64,000 bases of DNA, from contig MU058584.1 of assembly GCA_013265495.1 (NCBI GenBank), forward strand, positions 4,656,508-4,720,507. Reading direction: 5' to 3'. This stretch comes from Vicugna vicugna. Its lineage: Eukaryota. The notes under the pieces are model-generated. The model was not told the DNA's origin. It was given only the letters and a program-made list of their open reading frames with translations, and did not search any database. Within the stretch, counting starts at the first letter, position 1. Each line of letters starts with the position of its first letter. Both the position numbers and the translations under genes were made by a program. Of this stretch, positions 1 through 13,500 are shown piece by piece.

Positions 1-1569
1 GGCTTTGGTAACAGAGGTGGTGAGAAGTGATCAGATTCATTCATCTCCAACATGTTAAGAGCAAAAATAGGCCTCAGAAGTAACTCATTCTAATTGTGTT
101 ATTCTAGAGATGATGGAATTGAGGCCCCCCCCACAAAAAGAAAATGGGGCCTAAAGAAGTGAAGTGAGTTACACATAGTCATATACCTAATTTATTAACA
201 GACCCAAGTTTCTTGATTGCCATCACTACACCTCTGCCCTTACCTGGCCATCCCCAGGCCTGGGTGGGGAACGCAGAAGCAGGTAGGAATATGAACCCTC
301 TAGACGGTAGTCCCAGCCAAGTCTAAAATAAATGACCACCTTTGCTGAGGGCAAGGTCAGCATTGATCTCGTAGCCAAATCCAATGGGCCCTTCCTTGGG
401 GTTGCTCCCACATCTGACCTTTGACAACTTTCTTTCTTTTTTTCCCCGGAGACTCCCTCTTCCCTTGGCTCCCCTGATCCAGCTCTCTCCTGCCTCTCCC
501 TCTCTTCATTCCCAGCCTGTCCCTTATATCTTCTCTCTACCTGTAATCATCCTGCCCTATGAGTGTTACTTTTTCCCAAGACGCCATCTGGAGCATTACT
601 TCTTCCGTTCTCATCTACAGAGGAAATGGATGGTTTCCCTTCCTTACATCTCTTCCCCTTGTTCTGTAGTTGCCCCTGAATTTCCTCTGAAGAGTCATCC
701 TTTTTATCCTCCAAGTCCATGTGTCTTCACGGATGATGCACCATTGATGTCTCGTCATTGGCATATGCCAACACCCTCTGACCCGATCACTTTATGAGAC
801 GTAACGGGACTGTTGCTGGGATAGCGGGGAGAAAGACAGCTCCCCTCTCCATTGGATCTGAACCTGCAGCTTCCCCTAGCCATCAAGAGGGGAGCGCACG
901 AGATAAGGGGAAGTAAGAAAATGAATCCTGATGAATCATTTGAACCCTGAACCCATATGAAACCAAATACACTCTTGAGCTTTTTAATGACATGAGCCAG
1001 TAACTTTCCTTTGCTTACGCCAATCTGAACTGCATTTTCTACCACTCTGCAAAGGAAAGAGCCCTATCTGATACGTCGTCTCTCTCTATATGCTCCCGCC
1101 CTATACTCACCTGAACAATGATGACTCCCAAACCTCCATCTAGAGCCAAGACAACTCTTGGGGACTCCAGATTCATATCCACCCACCTAGTAGACATTTT
1201 CTTCCATATGTCACACCCAGGCACCTCAGCTATAACATGTGCAAGACAGAATTCATCATCTCTACTTCTACCATCGCAATATGCTATCTTCATGCTTTTT
1301 TCTATTCTAGAAAAAAAACACCACCCACCCACCCAAATCACTCAAGACAGAAACCCAGGACATCCTAGACCACTCTTGCCAGATAATCCTGCTGGGGCTA
1401 AGGCCCTGAATGACACTTTCTGACTGTGTGACCTTGGGTAGATTAATGAGCACATTTGAGCTTTGTATTTCCATATTGAATTGCCTGGATCCAATGAGAT
1501 TATGTATGTAAAGAAATGTATGTTGGTTGGTTTGATTCCTATCACAGGCATCTAGTGCACCACTAAATT

Positions 1570-1692
1570 TTTAATTGAAGTGTAGTCAGTTTACAATGTT
1601 GTGTCAATTTCTGATGTACAGCATAGTGATTCAGTTATATACATACACATGTGTGTCAGTGTGTGTGCACGCATGTGTGTGTATGTATTCCT
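1570..1692 (-). mobile_element. Short 5'-truncated L1 3' end
   Basis: attgaagtgtagtcagtttacaatgttgtgtcaatttctg L1 3'-UTR signature shared with other copies in the window; perfect 14-bp TSD tgcaccactaaatt (1556-1569 / 1693-1706). Confidence 0.85.
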
Positions 1693-2212
1693 TGCACCAC
1701 TAAATTCTAATTCAAAACTTCATCCTCACTGCCATTACCCCAGCTCAGAGCCTCTCCATCTTTCCCCTGGATGATCACCAGACATTTCTATCACACCTTC
1801 TTGCCTTTGATCTCACCCTCACTCAAATCTGTCCTCCCCAATGCTGTCCCCCACACAAACCTGGTCATGCTATGTCAGTTTTGGGCACCTTGGGAATCTA
1901 TTCCCTTGCAGGATCCTCCACTTCAGCTATCCTGAATAAACCATGGTTCTCCAAGTATGTATTGCTGTTCTCCAATTCCATGATTTTGCATGTGACAATG
2001 CTTCCATTGTCCAGAATGCCCTTTCTCTCTCTTCTCCAGGTAGAAGAGCACATCCTTACGACTTGGTGAAAAAAGTCACTATAAAAGTGAAAAAGAAGAG
2101 ATATACTACATTGGCTAAAGAAGCTCACAGGCAAATTCAAACCTTGTCTCTCTGGTGTTAGAGAGGAGGGAAACTGAAGAAAAGATATAGCAATTTAAAA
2201 TATTTTAGATCA

Positions 2213-2349
2213 GGGGGAGGGTATAGCTCAAGTGGTAGACTGCATGCTTAGCATGCATGAGGCCCTGGGTTCAATCCCCAGTACCTCCTTTAAAAAATTA
2301 ATAAATAAGCAAACCTAATTATCTACTCCCCCCCAAATTCTTTTTTTAA
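2213..2349 (+). mobile_element. tRNA-derived camelid SINE (Vic-1-like)
   Basis: ggggagggtatagctcaagtggtaga A box, gggttcaatcccc B box, AT-rich tail; 16-bp TSD ttaaaatattttagat (2195-2210 / 2350-2365). Confidence 0.9.
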
Positions 2350-5300
2350 TTAAAATATTTTAGATGAATAAAAGCAAAGAAAGAATGGAGAGGAAAGAAA
2401 AATTTTAGGAAAATTTAATCTTGAGATAGGAGAGGACTTCCTAAATAAGACAGAAAACTTGAAGCCATAGAGAAAAGTTTTATAGATCTAACTATATAAA
2501 CATTAAACACTCCTGCACAAAGGTTCAATAAGCAAAGCTGGGGAAGACATAAAAGGCAAGATATTTGATTTATTAACAAGAAAAGGTTTAAATTCCAGAA
2601 TGTAGGAAGAGTCTCACAAATTGATGAAATTACAAACAATTCAATGGAAAAATCGTTAAAGGATTTGATTTGAGGGAGTGTAAACTGATTAAGCTTTTTT
2701 ATTGTTTTTTTAAGGGTAGACTTGGAAGACCACCAGCTTTTAAAATGCACAGAACTTTTATATGGAATGGTCTCCAAGATACAGGTCAAATTTTTAAAAT
2801 TTGAGAATGGGGTATTTAGTATGATACCATATTTATTTTTAACAGGGAGAAAACAGAAGACACATTTTATTTGCCTATAGATGCACAGAGTATCTCCAGA
2901 AGAATGCATAAAAACTGGCAAAATTAGTTGTACCCAAAAAGGGAAAAAGAGGACTAGGGGAGGAGGGAGGTGTAACCTTTTACAGCCTTTGAATGTTTTG
3001 CTTTATGAATACTGCCTATCTCCAAATATAGTACCCCAGATACTACCTGTTCCCAAACAAGTAAACTTAAGTAAATAAATAAATTCAATCTCTTTTTCTG
3101 CACAATCTCCAGATCCCAAAAAACAAAAGGAATTCTGCTTAAATATTTAATATACGTTGTCTTTGACCCCCACCAACTCCACTTATAAGAATAACTTTCC
3201 TCCAGAAATATTCTACTAGTACACAGAGACTTACATACAAAGATGTTCACTATAGCATTGTTTATAATAGACAAAACTGAAAACAATCTAGAACTCCAGC
3301 AGCAAGAGAATGTTTAAATGAGTTATGGCTAATCTATACTATGAAATACTATGTAGTCATTAAAAAGAATGAAGTGTATCTATGTTATTGATATTGGAAG
3401 ACATCCGAGTCTCACTGTTAAAAAAAATCAGTCACCGAGCATATAATTACATATGGTCCTCATTTATGTATTTTTAAAGGTACATCCAATATATTAAGGT
3501 TGGCCCTAAAATTGGAAATGCAAACAATACTGTTTTATAATATAATGTCAATAAGCTCTGTATATATATTCATATTCCCCTATACTTCCAGACTCAGTGA
3601 ACATATATTTCTGCATTGAAAAAGGCTTGGAAAACAATATATGTACCGTGGTTACCTCTCAGAGAGGGAGTGGAGGTGAGGTAGGAGGAACTTTATTTTC
3701 CTATACATTTCTATATTTAAAAAATATTTTATAATGACTCACATTTTTGAAGAATTATTACATTCCAGGCACAGTTTCTATTTTTGATCCAAGGTCACAG
3801 GTTTGTAAGTGGCAGGGCTGGGTGCAGGCTCTCTGACATTAACCAGTGCTCTTAACACAGTATGATCTCACTCCTCTTACTTGAGTACAAATCAAATACA
3901 AGCCCCAGTCAAATGTACCTCCATGCTTTACCACAGGCCACACTGAAAACTCTCTCCTTTATGCTCCCAGTGTTCCCTGAACATATCTACCATGAATGCC
4001 ATCCTCTGCCCTGCTTGGCACATAAACTGGCCAAAGAAACAGATAAAAGCTAGTGGTAAGCACTCTTTTGGTGCAGAACTAGAATCAGAGATGAGTTTAG
4101 CACTGCCTGAATGAAGTATTGAGTCATTAGGTCAATCCTTCCTCCAAAGTCCAGGTAGCACTGATAGCTATCCACAACTTTGCTGATGTTTTTTGTTCTC
4201 ACGGAAAAACCACGAGAAGACACTCCTTCTCTGCTCCAGTCATGCTTTATTACATCTCAAAATGACAGCAAATACTTCCTAAGGTTGCAAGCTGGCAGTC
4301 TGCAGGCCACAACCAGCCTGCACACATAATTTGGTTGCCCTGCACATTTTGAAAAATGTTTTAAATTAGTTGCCAACTTTAAAAACATGGAGCTTTCTTC
4401 CATAAAAATTTGCAGCTTTCCCCAAAATTCAGACCAGGCAATGTACTGGAACTTTGTCACAGTTGCTGCTGGTTCTTCAAGGGAAGGCATGCTCTACACA
4501 CAGCGCCCCCCATTCAGCCCTCTGGCCAGTCCTCCTCCACCACGCAGGCTTCCTGACTGACCCTAGCAGCAGAGTTTACATCATAGAACTGTACCTCCTT
4601 TGGTCGACATTTAGGTCAGTCCCAGCTCAGCCCATTCTGCCTTCCGTGGAACTCAGACAAAGAACTCCGCCCTTCTGATCACACGGCTGGCCTCCTTTCT
4701 CATACTCCCACTGCACAGGGCTGCAATACAAAGAGAATGATTTGACTACCTGAGGCTTGAATTTAGTTTCTAAATGTCAGGCCGGCCTCCTGGTGAGGAG
4801 TCCCTCTTCCTGTCATGGCAGTGGAGCTGCAGGGCAGGGAAAAGTCCTGACAGAGTTCAGGGGCCCATCTATGTGATGGAGCCCCCGTGAAAAGCACTGC
4901 GGAGTCAGAACACCTGAGTTCAATCTTGACTCCTTACTTGCTGAGCGGAGTACTTCACCTCTCTTGAGTCTCATGTTCCTCACCTGTAAAACGGGTTAAT
5001 AAGACTTCACAGGGCTGTGATGTGAATGAAATTGAAAAGTGTATATCAAAGTGCTTGGAAGCATCTTAAAAGTGTAACATGAGGTTAGACTAGGACAGGA
5101 CAAGAGGGGCGCTGTGGAAGAAGTGACCAAAATGGGTGGCTGAATCCCTTAAAGAGAGTTGGATGAAGAGCCCCTGTCTGTAGGATCTGAGGCCCCTCCT
5201 CTGTCCTCTGTCTGCTCTGCGGGCCTGGAAAACGCCTTTCCTCACCTGTCTCAGTGGCCGCAGTAAGAGGGGTTATAAGGGAAAGCCACCTGGTATTTCT

Positions 5301-5699
5301 CGACGCAGTAGCTCTGTCAAGCTCATTTCCAGGTCCAGGTCACAGGAGAAGCTGAGCTGAATCCTCCCTGGCTGGATGAGGAGGGGGCACAGTGATTCCT
5401 CCCCCCACCCCCCGACACGAGATAGGCCCTCCTGGTGTTATCATTATCCCCGTCCGACACATCAACGAACTAAAATCCTTCCTTCCAAAACCACACCACC
5501 CTCCAGGGAGGAGAATCAAATGACTTGCTCTTGAAAGCACTTGGCAAAACGCATGAAAAGTACAAAAACGAACAAAAATAGCCCCAAAGATGTGAGATAA
5601 AGTGATGCCAACGCACCGCTGTGTGGTTACTGGGGAACAGACCCCTTCAAAGCACCCCCAGGACATCCCAGTTAAAAAAGACATTCACATCCCGCATGC

Positions 5700-7000
5700 C
5701 TTTGTCAAAAGGTTGCAAGGGGGTTAAGCTCTGGGCCAGAAGGCGGGCCAAGTCCCCCCAAAGCTAACCAAATCTCCCTCTCGCAGATCTGAGGGGCAGA
5801 GATGCCCACCCCGCCGCGCCAAGGTGGGCCCGGCGACTTGTGGGCGCATCTTCCGCCCAGGCTCAAGACAGCGCCCGGAGCCCCGACTGGGAGGATGCAG
5901 CTTACCTGGTCCTCATGGATTTCCGCTGAGGGTCGAGGCCGCTTGGCCCCACACACTTGTCCCCGTAGAGCCCTTTGGCCCCAGGGGGCACGACCCCTCT
6001 CAGCCGGATCCCGGGCACGCACCGCTGTCCTCCCTGCCCGGGGGTCTCGGAAGGGGGCTTCGGGCGGCGCCGGAGAAGCGAGGCAGGCTGGTGGGAAGGG
6101 CCTCTCTGAAGCCCCCAGCCGCAGGGCAGGGGCGCGCCCCCTAGATCTTCCCACAAAGAACGCCGGCTCCCCGAAGCAAGGCGGAGTGCGGCCGGGAGGA
6201 CAGCCCCCTACCTCCAATGGGGGCGCCGAGAGAAGAAAAGCCCCGTGGGGGCGGGGAGGGGTGGGGGAAGGAGGCGCGGAGACCCTGCCCCGCCCGCGCC
6301 CTCCCGCCCCGCACAATGAACTCGGCCCCGCTCCATCCCGGCCGGCCCCCTTCCCCGCCGGTGCTCACCCGGGAGCGGCCGCCGCCGCCGCCGCCGCCGC
6401 CGCCGCAGCTCAGGGCCCGGCCGGGCCGTCTCCCCGCCTCGGCCGCCGCCGCCGCCGCCGCTTCCTTCCTCCCGGCCGCGCTCGGGAATCGGAGGTTTCG
6501 GGTTTCAGCCCGCCGAGCCCCGCTTCGCTCCTCCCGCCGCCCCGCCACCAGCACGCGGACCCGGGCCGGGCGCAGGCCAAGTAACTTTGCGGCGCTCGCG
6601 CCCCTCCCCCGCCCGCGCCGCCCGCCCCTCCCCCGCGGCCCCCCAGGCCCCTCGGTCTGCAGGCGCCCCCTCCGGTCCCCCCGGGCCCCGCAAGGCCCCG
6701 CCCGGGCCCCGCGCGCCGCCGCCGCCCCTCCCCGCCTGGGCGCCGCCGCTTCCCATCCCTCACGCCCCTTCCTTCGCGTCTGCCCTCCCTCCCGGCCACT
6801 TTTCCATTTCTTCCCACGATCGGCCTCAGCTGCTGCTCTTTGTCTCGCCCCTAGCCTCTCGGCTCGCACCACTTTTCTCCTGGAAACCTTTGCGGTCCCT
6901 CCTCGGGCCTTCCCTGATCCCATTCCTCCGTCCCAGTTCCAGCCGTTGGGACATCCCCTTTTTCCATCTCTCTCTCCATCACACTCATACTTTCGGATTC
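5700..7000 (-). promoter_or_regulatory. GPR161: CpG island; probable promoter and non-coding first exon(s) of GPR161
   Basis: Very GC/CpG-rich with many GC boxes; minus-strand donor CGG|GTGAGC ending an exon at 6369, next to (GGC)n tracts. Gene identity rests on known mammalian GPR161(-)/TIPRL(+) divergent synteny; no GPR161 coding exon is visible in the window. Confidence 0.65.
6378..6459. repeat. Two GCC/GGC trinucleotide tracts: (GCC)9 at 6378-6404 and (GCC)6 at 6442-6459
   Basis: Read directly from the sequence. Confidence 0.95.
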
Positions 7001-9259
7001 TTCCCGTAGGCTCCGCACAGTCCTATTCTCCTGCTCCTCCAATCTCGCCCTTGGACTCCTCCAGGCATCGCCTTTTCTGCTCACCTTTCATTCATCCAGC
7101 CAACGTGTGCGAACTGTCCTGCGCCCTGGGAACATCACAGTGAATCAACCTCTAAGCCAGCCTTTGAGGAACCCACAGCACTTGGGAGTGGGACGGTGGA
7201 TGTAAACAGATCTTTACAATGCTACTCCACTCTCCCTCTGAACCGACTGGCTGCGGAGCAAGAATTACAATACACAGACCGGGACGCTGCCAATTCAAAG
7301 GACAGAACAAGTTCATTCTCATAACGTCTCTCTCCTTCCTCCCTCCCCACGTTCTTTACCGACTCTAGCCTCCTCCGTTTTCTCTGCAACAGTCTTAATA
7401 AGAGGATGAAAAGTTGAAGCAAAAAGTCAAACTGGGAGGGAGAGAGGAAGAGGTGAGAAAAAGGGACCAAAAAAGTGGGGTGAAAAGGTATAAAGCCAAG
7501 GTCACCAAACTCCAGCAAAAACTGATGCTTTACCCAGAGTAGGATTCAATTTCCTCTGAAATCCGTGTGCATGATAAATGCATTACTTATTCCCTTGTCT
7601 GCAGATTGGCACTGTGGGAGCTGCTTCCTTATTATTATTAGGCCACCGAGGTACTATTTAGAACGATAATTTACTATCCAGCACCTGCCAAACACCCTGC
7701 TTGTCTTCAGGGACAAATAGGAGTAATAGGGACACAAAGAGTAAATGGATGCCTTAATATTCCTAAGGGACAGATGCTTTATTTGGTTCAACACTAGAAG
7801 CTGAAACTCCTTTCAGAGTCTAGGTCACCAGCCAGCCAGATGCTTGAAGGAGCTTAAAACAGTGAGCTCTCAAAAATATTTTAGACTTTTACTTTGGAAT
7901 CCCTGTTTATTTTATTTTATTTTTTAAATTTGCATTGACTCAGACACTGGCTAAGCTTTGTGACCCTGGGGAAGTTATTTAACCTTTCTGCAGCTCAGCT
8001 TATTCATATATAAAGTAGGCATCTGCATACCTGCCTGTCTGTAGAGTTAAAAAAACAAAAATGAGATAATGTCAGTAAATCACCTAACACCACAGAACCC
8101 GAGAGCTAAACTCTTGGGAAAGCTGGTATTCAAGAAAGGTCTGGTCATATATGCCATAGACTGGCTTGAAGAGAATGAGAATCAAAACAATTATGGCTCT
8201 TTCAGCTCCATATCCACTCATGATGCAAAAGATGTCCTTCCCAGACTTATTCTATTTCATTTTGAACTCTTCAACTGAAAACATCTTTTTTTCTCCTGCT
8301 GCTCATTATCACATATATTATTTATCACAAAGGTTTTTCTTCCCAGAGCTCATAAGCTCACAACTTACTGTGCATTCAAAGCTAGAAATTGCTGCCAACA
8401 AATGTATTCTTTCAATTGCTCTCTTAAGATTTTTTTTCTTCTCCTAGAGCTAATAATGAGCTGTGAGCAGCATTTAGTCAAACACAGAGAAAACATAGAA
8501 AAAAATATTATTAAAGTAATTATTTCACTGTATGTCACCACATAGGCGACAGTCCTGTGAAAAACATAATATTGATTTTGTGCAAGGATTGATTTTTTGT
8601 TTTCAAAAAATGAGAGAAAGATAAATAAGAATTTTCCTCTCCCAAACCAGTTTCAGAAGTCATCCCCTTTGGCGTCCCCACCGAAGATTAAGATAATGAG
8701 AGACTTTATCCTAGCAAATCTGAAATGCTGATTGAAGAATCTACATACAATGAGACTGAAAGATATAAAATATCTTAAATTCAGCAGTCCATGTTAAACT
8801 AGTGAAAGCGCAACTGAGAAGTATACTGTCTGTTCCGCATAGACTATTACTCCCCTACTCTTCACACATTGAATCCTTCTGAACCTTCACATCTCAGCTT
8901 AAATGGCTCCTCCTCCAAGAAGTCCTTCCTGACCAATCTAGAAGGGGTTCTCCAACATCTGCTCTCTCTCAAGCTCCAATATAAAATGTATCCCAATTTA
9001 TTACATAGATTTTTCTATTTATTTATTTATAGTGTGCCTCCATTCACAGACACAGATTTCATGAGAGCAGACATTCTGTCTGTTTTATTCACCTCTATAG
9101 GACCAGAGCCTAACCTGATAAAACTTTTAAAATAAATTAATGAAAATAAATAAATAAATAAAGTATGTCTTCAGGGGCCTCTGGTTCTCAGATTTTGGGA
9201 TATGTAAGTATCACTTGAAGGCTTCTTAGATACATCAAAAGCACACGTGATTGAAGAGA

Positions 9260-10275
9260 AGTTTGGTATGTTGGATTTCATCAAAATTAAGAACTTCAGT
9301 CCTTCCTGGGACACCATCAAGGAAATGAAAAGACAAGTCACAGAATGAGATAACTTATTTGCAAATCATATATCTGATAAAGGACACATGAAGAACTTCC
9401 CCAACTCAATAATAAAAAGGTAAACAACCCATTTCTTAGATGGGCAAAAGCTCTGAGCATACGTGTCTCCAAAGAAGATCTATCAATGGCCAATAAACAC
9501 ATGAAAAGCTGCTGGACACCATTAGTCACTAGGGCAATGCATGTCAAAACAACCAGCTTCCACTGCACGCCCACTAAGATGGCTATAATGAGAAAGGCAG
9601 TAACAAGTGTTGGGGAAGACGTGGAGAAATCAGAACCTTTGTGCACTGCTGGTGGCAAAGTCAAATGACGCAACCACTATAGAAAACAGTTTGGCAAAAT
9701 GTTGAACTTCAAGTTACCATATGACCCAGTAATTTCACTTCTAGGTATCTAACCAAGAGAAATAAATACACGCACCCACACAAAAACCTGCATATGAATG
9801 TTCATAGCAGCATTATTCATAATAGCCAAAAAGTGGAAGCAACGCGAATGTCCATCGATGGATGGATAGACAAAATGTGGTCTATCCACCCAGGGAACTA
9901 TGATTCAGCCATTAAAAGGGATGAATTGCTGACAGGCTACAGTGTGGATGAACCTTGAAAGCATCATCTGCGCTGAATGAAAGAAACCAGACACAAAAGG
10001 CCACATATTGTATGACTCCATTTATATGAAGTATCTGGAACAGTCAATCTAAAGAGACAGATTAGTGACTGCCGAGAGCTGGGGCTGGAGTGGTATGGGA
10101 GGGACTGCTAATGGGGTACAAGATATCTTTTGGAGATGATGGAAATGTTCTAAAATTAGATTATGGCAACAGTTGCATAACTGGGGATATATTAGAAAAC
10201 AGTGAATTCTACATTTTAAGTAGATGACCTTTAGGGTATGTAAATTATGTCTCAATAAAGCTCTTTTCAAATAAA
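9260..10275 (+). mobile_element. Older L1 (L1MB-like), 3' ~1 kb
   Basis: Degenerate ORF2 C-terminus (ANKHMKSC..PLVTRAMHVKTT..HCTPTKMAIMRK..VGEDVEKSEPLCTAGG), 3' UTR ending ctcaataaagct. Confidence 0.85.
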
Positions 10276-12010
10276 AAGAATCTCTTGGGGAGTTTGTTGA
10301 GCTGCTGAGTTTCCGGCCACATTCCCAGAGACACTGACTCTTTAGCAGTTGTGGGTAGCTGCTGTCTGCTGTTCAGCACCCATTCCCTCTCCTGCAGGCA
10401 GTGTATGTGCAAATTTCCTTAGGGGAAATATGCTTCCCCTTGGGGGTCAGCCATAGGAATTTGCATAGGGTTGACTTCTCCCCCAGCTCCAGGGATGGAC
10501 TCTGATGATTGTCAGCATTTCCCAACCTTCTCAACCATATGATTGGTAGGGGTGGAGCTTAAATAGGGTAGTCAGAGAAAGTGTCATTGAGAAGGTGTCT
10601 TTTAAGAAAAGACTTGAAGGCAGTGAGGGGAGTCAGCCAAGTAGACATCTGAGGAGGAGTGATTCAGGCCTGGAGAAGAACCTGTGCAAAGGCCCTGAGG
10701 AGGCAACATATTTAGGTTATCAAAGGGACAGTGAGACTAGTGTGTCTTGAGAAGCATGAGTATGAGGTAGAGAAATAGAATGTGAATTCAGAGAGGAAAT
10801 AAGAGGCCAGATGGTGCAGGGTCTTACGGATCCTTTGGCTCTTCTCTGGTTGAGGAAATTATGGATAGAAGAGTGACGTAGTCAGTCTCTACTATTATTA
10901 CTATAAGAATATCACCTTAAAGTTTCAAAATTCTGTACAGAGGTAGATTATGTTATCATGAATTTCATTTCAGAATACTAAAAGATTGTTAACAAATATT
11001 TGTTATTTGTTTAAAAGGGTGTTTTAGACTTGAGAAATGTTCCTCCAACAAATATGGCAGGTCTGGGGTAGGACTCCAGAATTCTGCATCATGTCAAATG
11101 CCCCCAGCTGGTCCTTATACACATGGCTGGGACTCATATATTCGAGGACAAGCCTTCAAACCTACAGCTCAGTTCCTTCTTCTTTTGTGATATCTCGTAC
11201 GTAAACAGATTTTTCTTCTGCCTTCACATTGTGCATGCTTCCAGAAAATGTTGGGAGAGTCTTCCAAGGAAGACATGGACACAAAATGACTGATAAAATA
11301 GCTCTAGCAAGCTAAAAACCGTGGATAAGGAAGAGGGAGCAAATGTTCCCACAAACTGATTTCATGGAGGGTAGGTTGTGCTCTGGGTTGTGTCCACCCG
11401 TGAGTGAAGCCGTCCACAATTCTGTGGGCTGCAGACCTCACTTGCAACCACCTCATCTTGCAACATCTGCTCTGTGTTTCTATGTGTGTATAGGAGAGCA
11501 AAAGAGGAGGAAGGGGAATCTGTCCAAAATTACAGGAGATACGGGCATTTGAAAATTTCAATAGAAAACTTTTTGCTTTTAGGATTATCTGTGTAAAATG
11601 GTTGGTTAAAACCAGGCAACGTTTTCAAAGATGGCCTCCATAGATGTGCAGATATTCAGACCTGACAAATATGTATTGGACTCCTGCTATGTTCCAGTTT
11701 CCATACTGGGCATTTTATTTGCAGTATTTCATAGTTCCCATGATGACTTATAAGCTGCTAGTTGACAGAGACCTCTAGTCATCAAATTCAAAAGTGAGAA
11801 CTTCAATTCTGTAATCAGTTCTTTCTTCCACCCCCACCAAAACATTTTATGTAACTTCCCTCTGCCTCAGTATCCATATCTGTAAACTGGGAGCATGGTT
11901 GTACTTACCTCACTAGATCCTTGTGAAGATTAAGTGACACAATGAATGAAAATCTCACACATAGTAAGTGTGCCATACATACAGGTGTACCGTACCCCCC
12001 AATACACAAA

Positions 12011-12330
12011 CTGCTGTGGACTGAATATGTTCCCCTCAAAATTCATATGCTGGAGCCTAATCCCCAATGATGGTATTTGGAGGTGGGACCTTTGAGAGAT
12101 GATTAGTCATGAGGATGGAGCCCTCATAAATGGGATTAGTGCCCTTAGAAGAAGAAACACAAGAGATCTTGCTTCTTTCTCTCTGCTCTATACCTTGTGA
12201 AGGTATAAAAAGGTAGCCATCTGCAAACCAGAAAGCAGATCCTCACCAGACACAAGATCTTCTGGCACCTTGACCTTGGACTTCCCAGCTGCTCAATGAG
12301 GACTATGTAAGTTGTGTTTCACTCTGCTGC
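12011..12330 (+). mobile_element. MaLR LTR (MLT1A/MST-like)
   Basis: tgctgtggactgaat..aaattcatatg..ggtatttggaggtgggacctttg..gagccctcataaatgggattagtgccctta. Confidence 0.8.
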
Positions 12331-12954
12331 CTCTGCAGCCTTGCCATACTTCAGTCAGACCAGTACCTGCAGGGGCTGTCTCTGGGTGCAGTAGAACAGG
12401 AAAGCATGAGTGTGGACATCCAAAGACCTTTCAGTCTCAGATTAGTTTATTAAATGGTAAAGAATGGTCTCTGATTAATATATATATTATATAGTTTCAA
12501 AATAGATGGGCCTTCTCTAGTACTACCTTTATTAAATGATAATATAAAATTACTTATTTTCTTAAATTATCTGTTCATCAGTAGTATTATTTGCAAATGA
12601 CTTTTAAAAATAATTTCTTTATGTATAGATAAAAGTAAACCGGGACAATCTCTTTCCCAAATATCTCATATCTCAAGTTAAAAATTGGCAAAGTTTTGCT
12701 AAAACTTTAGGTAACAACCATCTCCACAAACCAATGACGCCATTATTGAAAACTATCTTAGCTGTGCAATACATGAAACAATTAAAAATAATGAAATAGA
12801 TTTATCTGTGCTGACATGGAAGGTTGCCCACAATATACTAAATGAAAAAGTTCCAGAAAAGCATATGAGTAGTATGATCCCATTTTTGTAAACATATATA
12901 CATCTGTGTACATGTTTGCACAAGTACTAAAATAAGTCCAGGAGAGTATACACC

Positions 12955-13500
12955 TGTTGACCTTAAAAATGAAACAGTGGGTTATTTTACCAGCAAAAAT
13001 AGGTTTATTCAGAAATAGCAGAGAATTACAATTCGGGACAAGCAAGCCACAGCAAATGAACAGGAGAGTCTAACAGACAAAGGAGAAGAATGTTATTTAA
13101 TAGAAGAAAAGGAAGTTGGGAGGGGTGGTTTTGAATGAAAGTCCATTGGAGGGTGAGGGTATAGCTCAAGTGGTAGAGCTAATGCTTAGCATGCATGAGG
13201 TCCTGGGTTCAATCCCTAGTACCTAAAAAAAAAAAAAAAAGAAGTCCATTGGAGAAAAGTGAGAGTTCAAGGTGATGACCGTTTCTCATTGGCTGAATTC
13301 CGGGGGTAGTTGATTTCTCAGGAGGTGCAATGTTCATCTTTTCCTGTTGGGATCTGTACATAATTCTTCCCTGTTGATGATTCTTCTGTCTGTAATTGAC
13401 GATTCTTCCTGTTACTGAGGAGGAGTGGTTCTGCCCGAGAGCTCCCTCTTCTGGCCGCCTGACTTCATTTTAGAGCCGTTTCCCTTTATTGGTTTTCAGC
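12955..13500 (-). mobile_element. Solo ERV1-class LTR (contains a SINE; inserted into an old L1)
   Basis: Begins tgttgacc; minus-strand AATAAA near the left end; 4-bp TSD cacc (12951-12954 / 13501-13504); related to the LTR at 62444. Confidence 0.72.
13152..13241 (+). mobile_element. Short Vic-1-like SINE (tRNA part plus poly(A)) inside an LTR
   Basis: A/B boxes, A-tail; TSD aagtccattggag (13139-13151 / 13242-13254). Confidence 0.9.

Noticed and set aside
2213..2290. tRNA-like sequence (also 13152, 15960-16033, 61770-61840)
   Set aside because: These have A/B boxes but also TSDs and A-rich tails and are diverged from each other, so they are SINEs rather than tRNA genes.
2415..3286. 168-aa and 110-aa minus-strand ORFs
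   Set aside because: Antisense readings of A-rich degraded L1 sequence.
5705..7143. Long overlapping ORFs (203-308 aa) in several frames
   Set aside because: Pro/Arg/Gly/Ala low-complexity translations on both strands, as expected from stop-codon scarcity in a CpG island; no recognisable domain.
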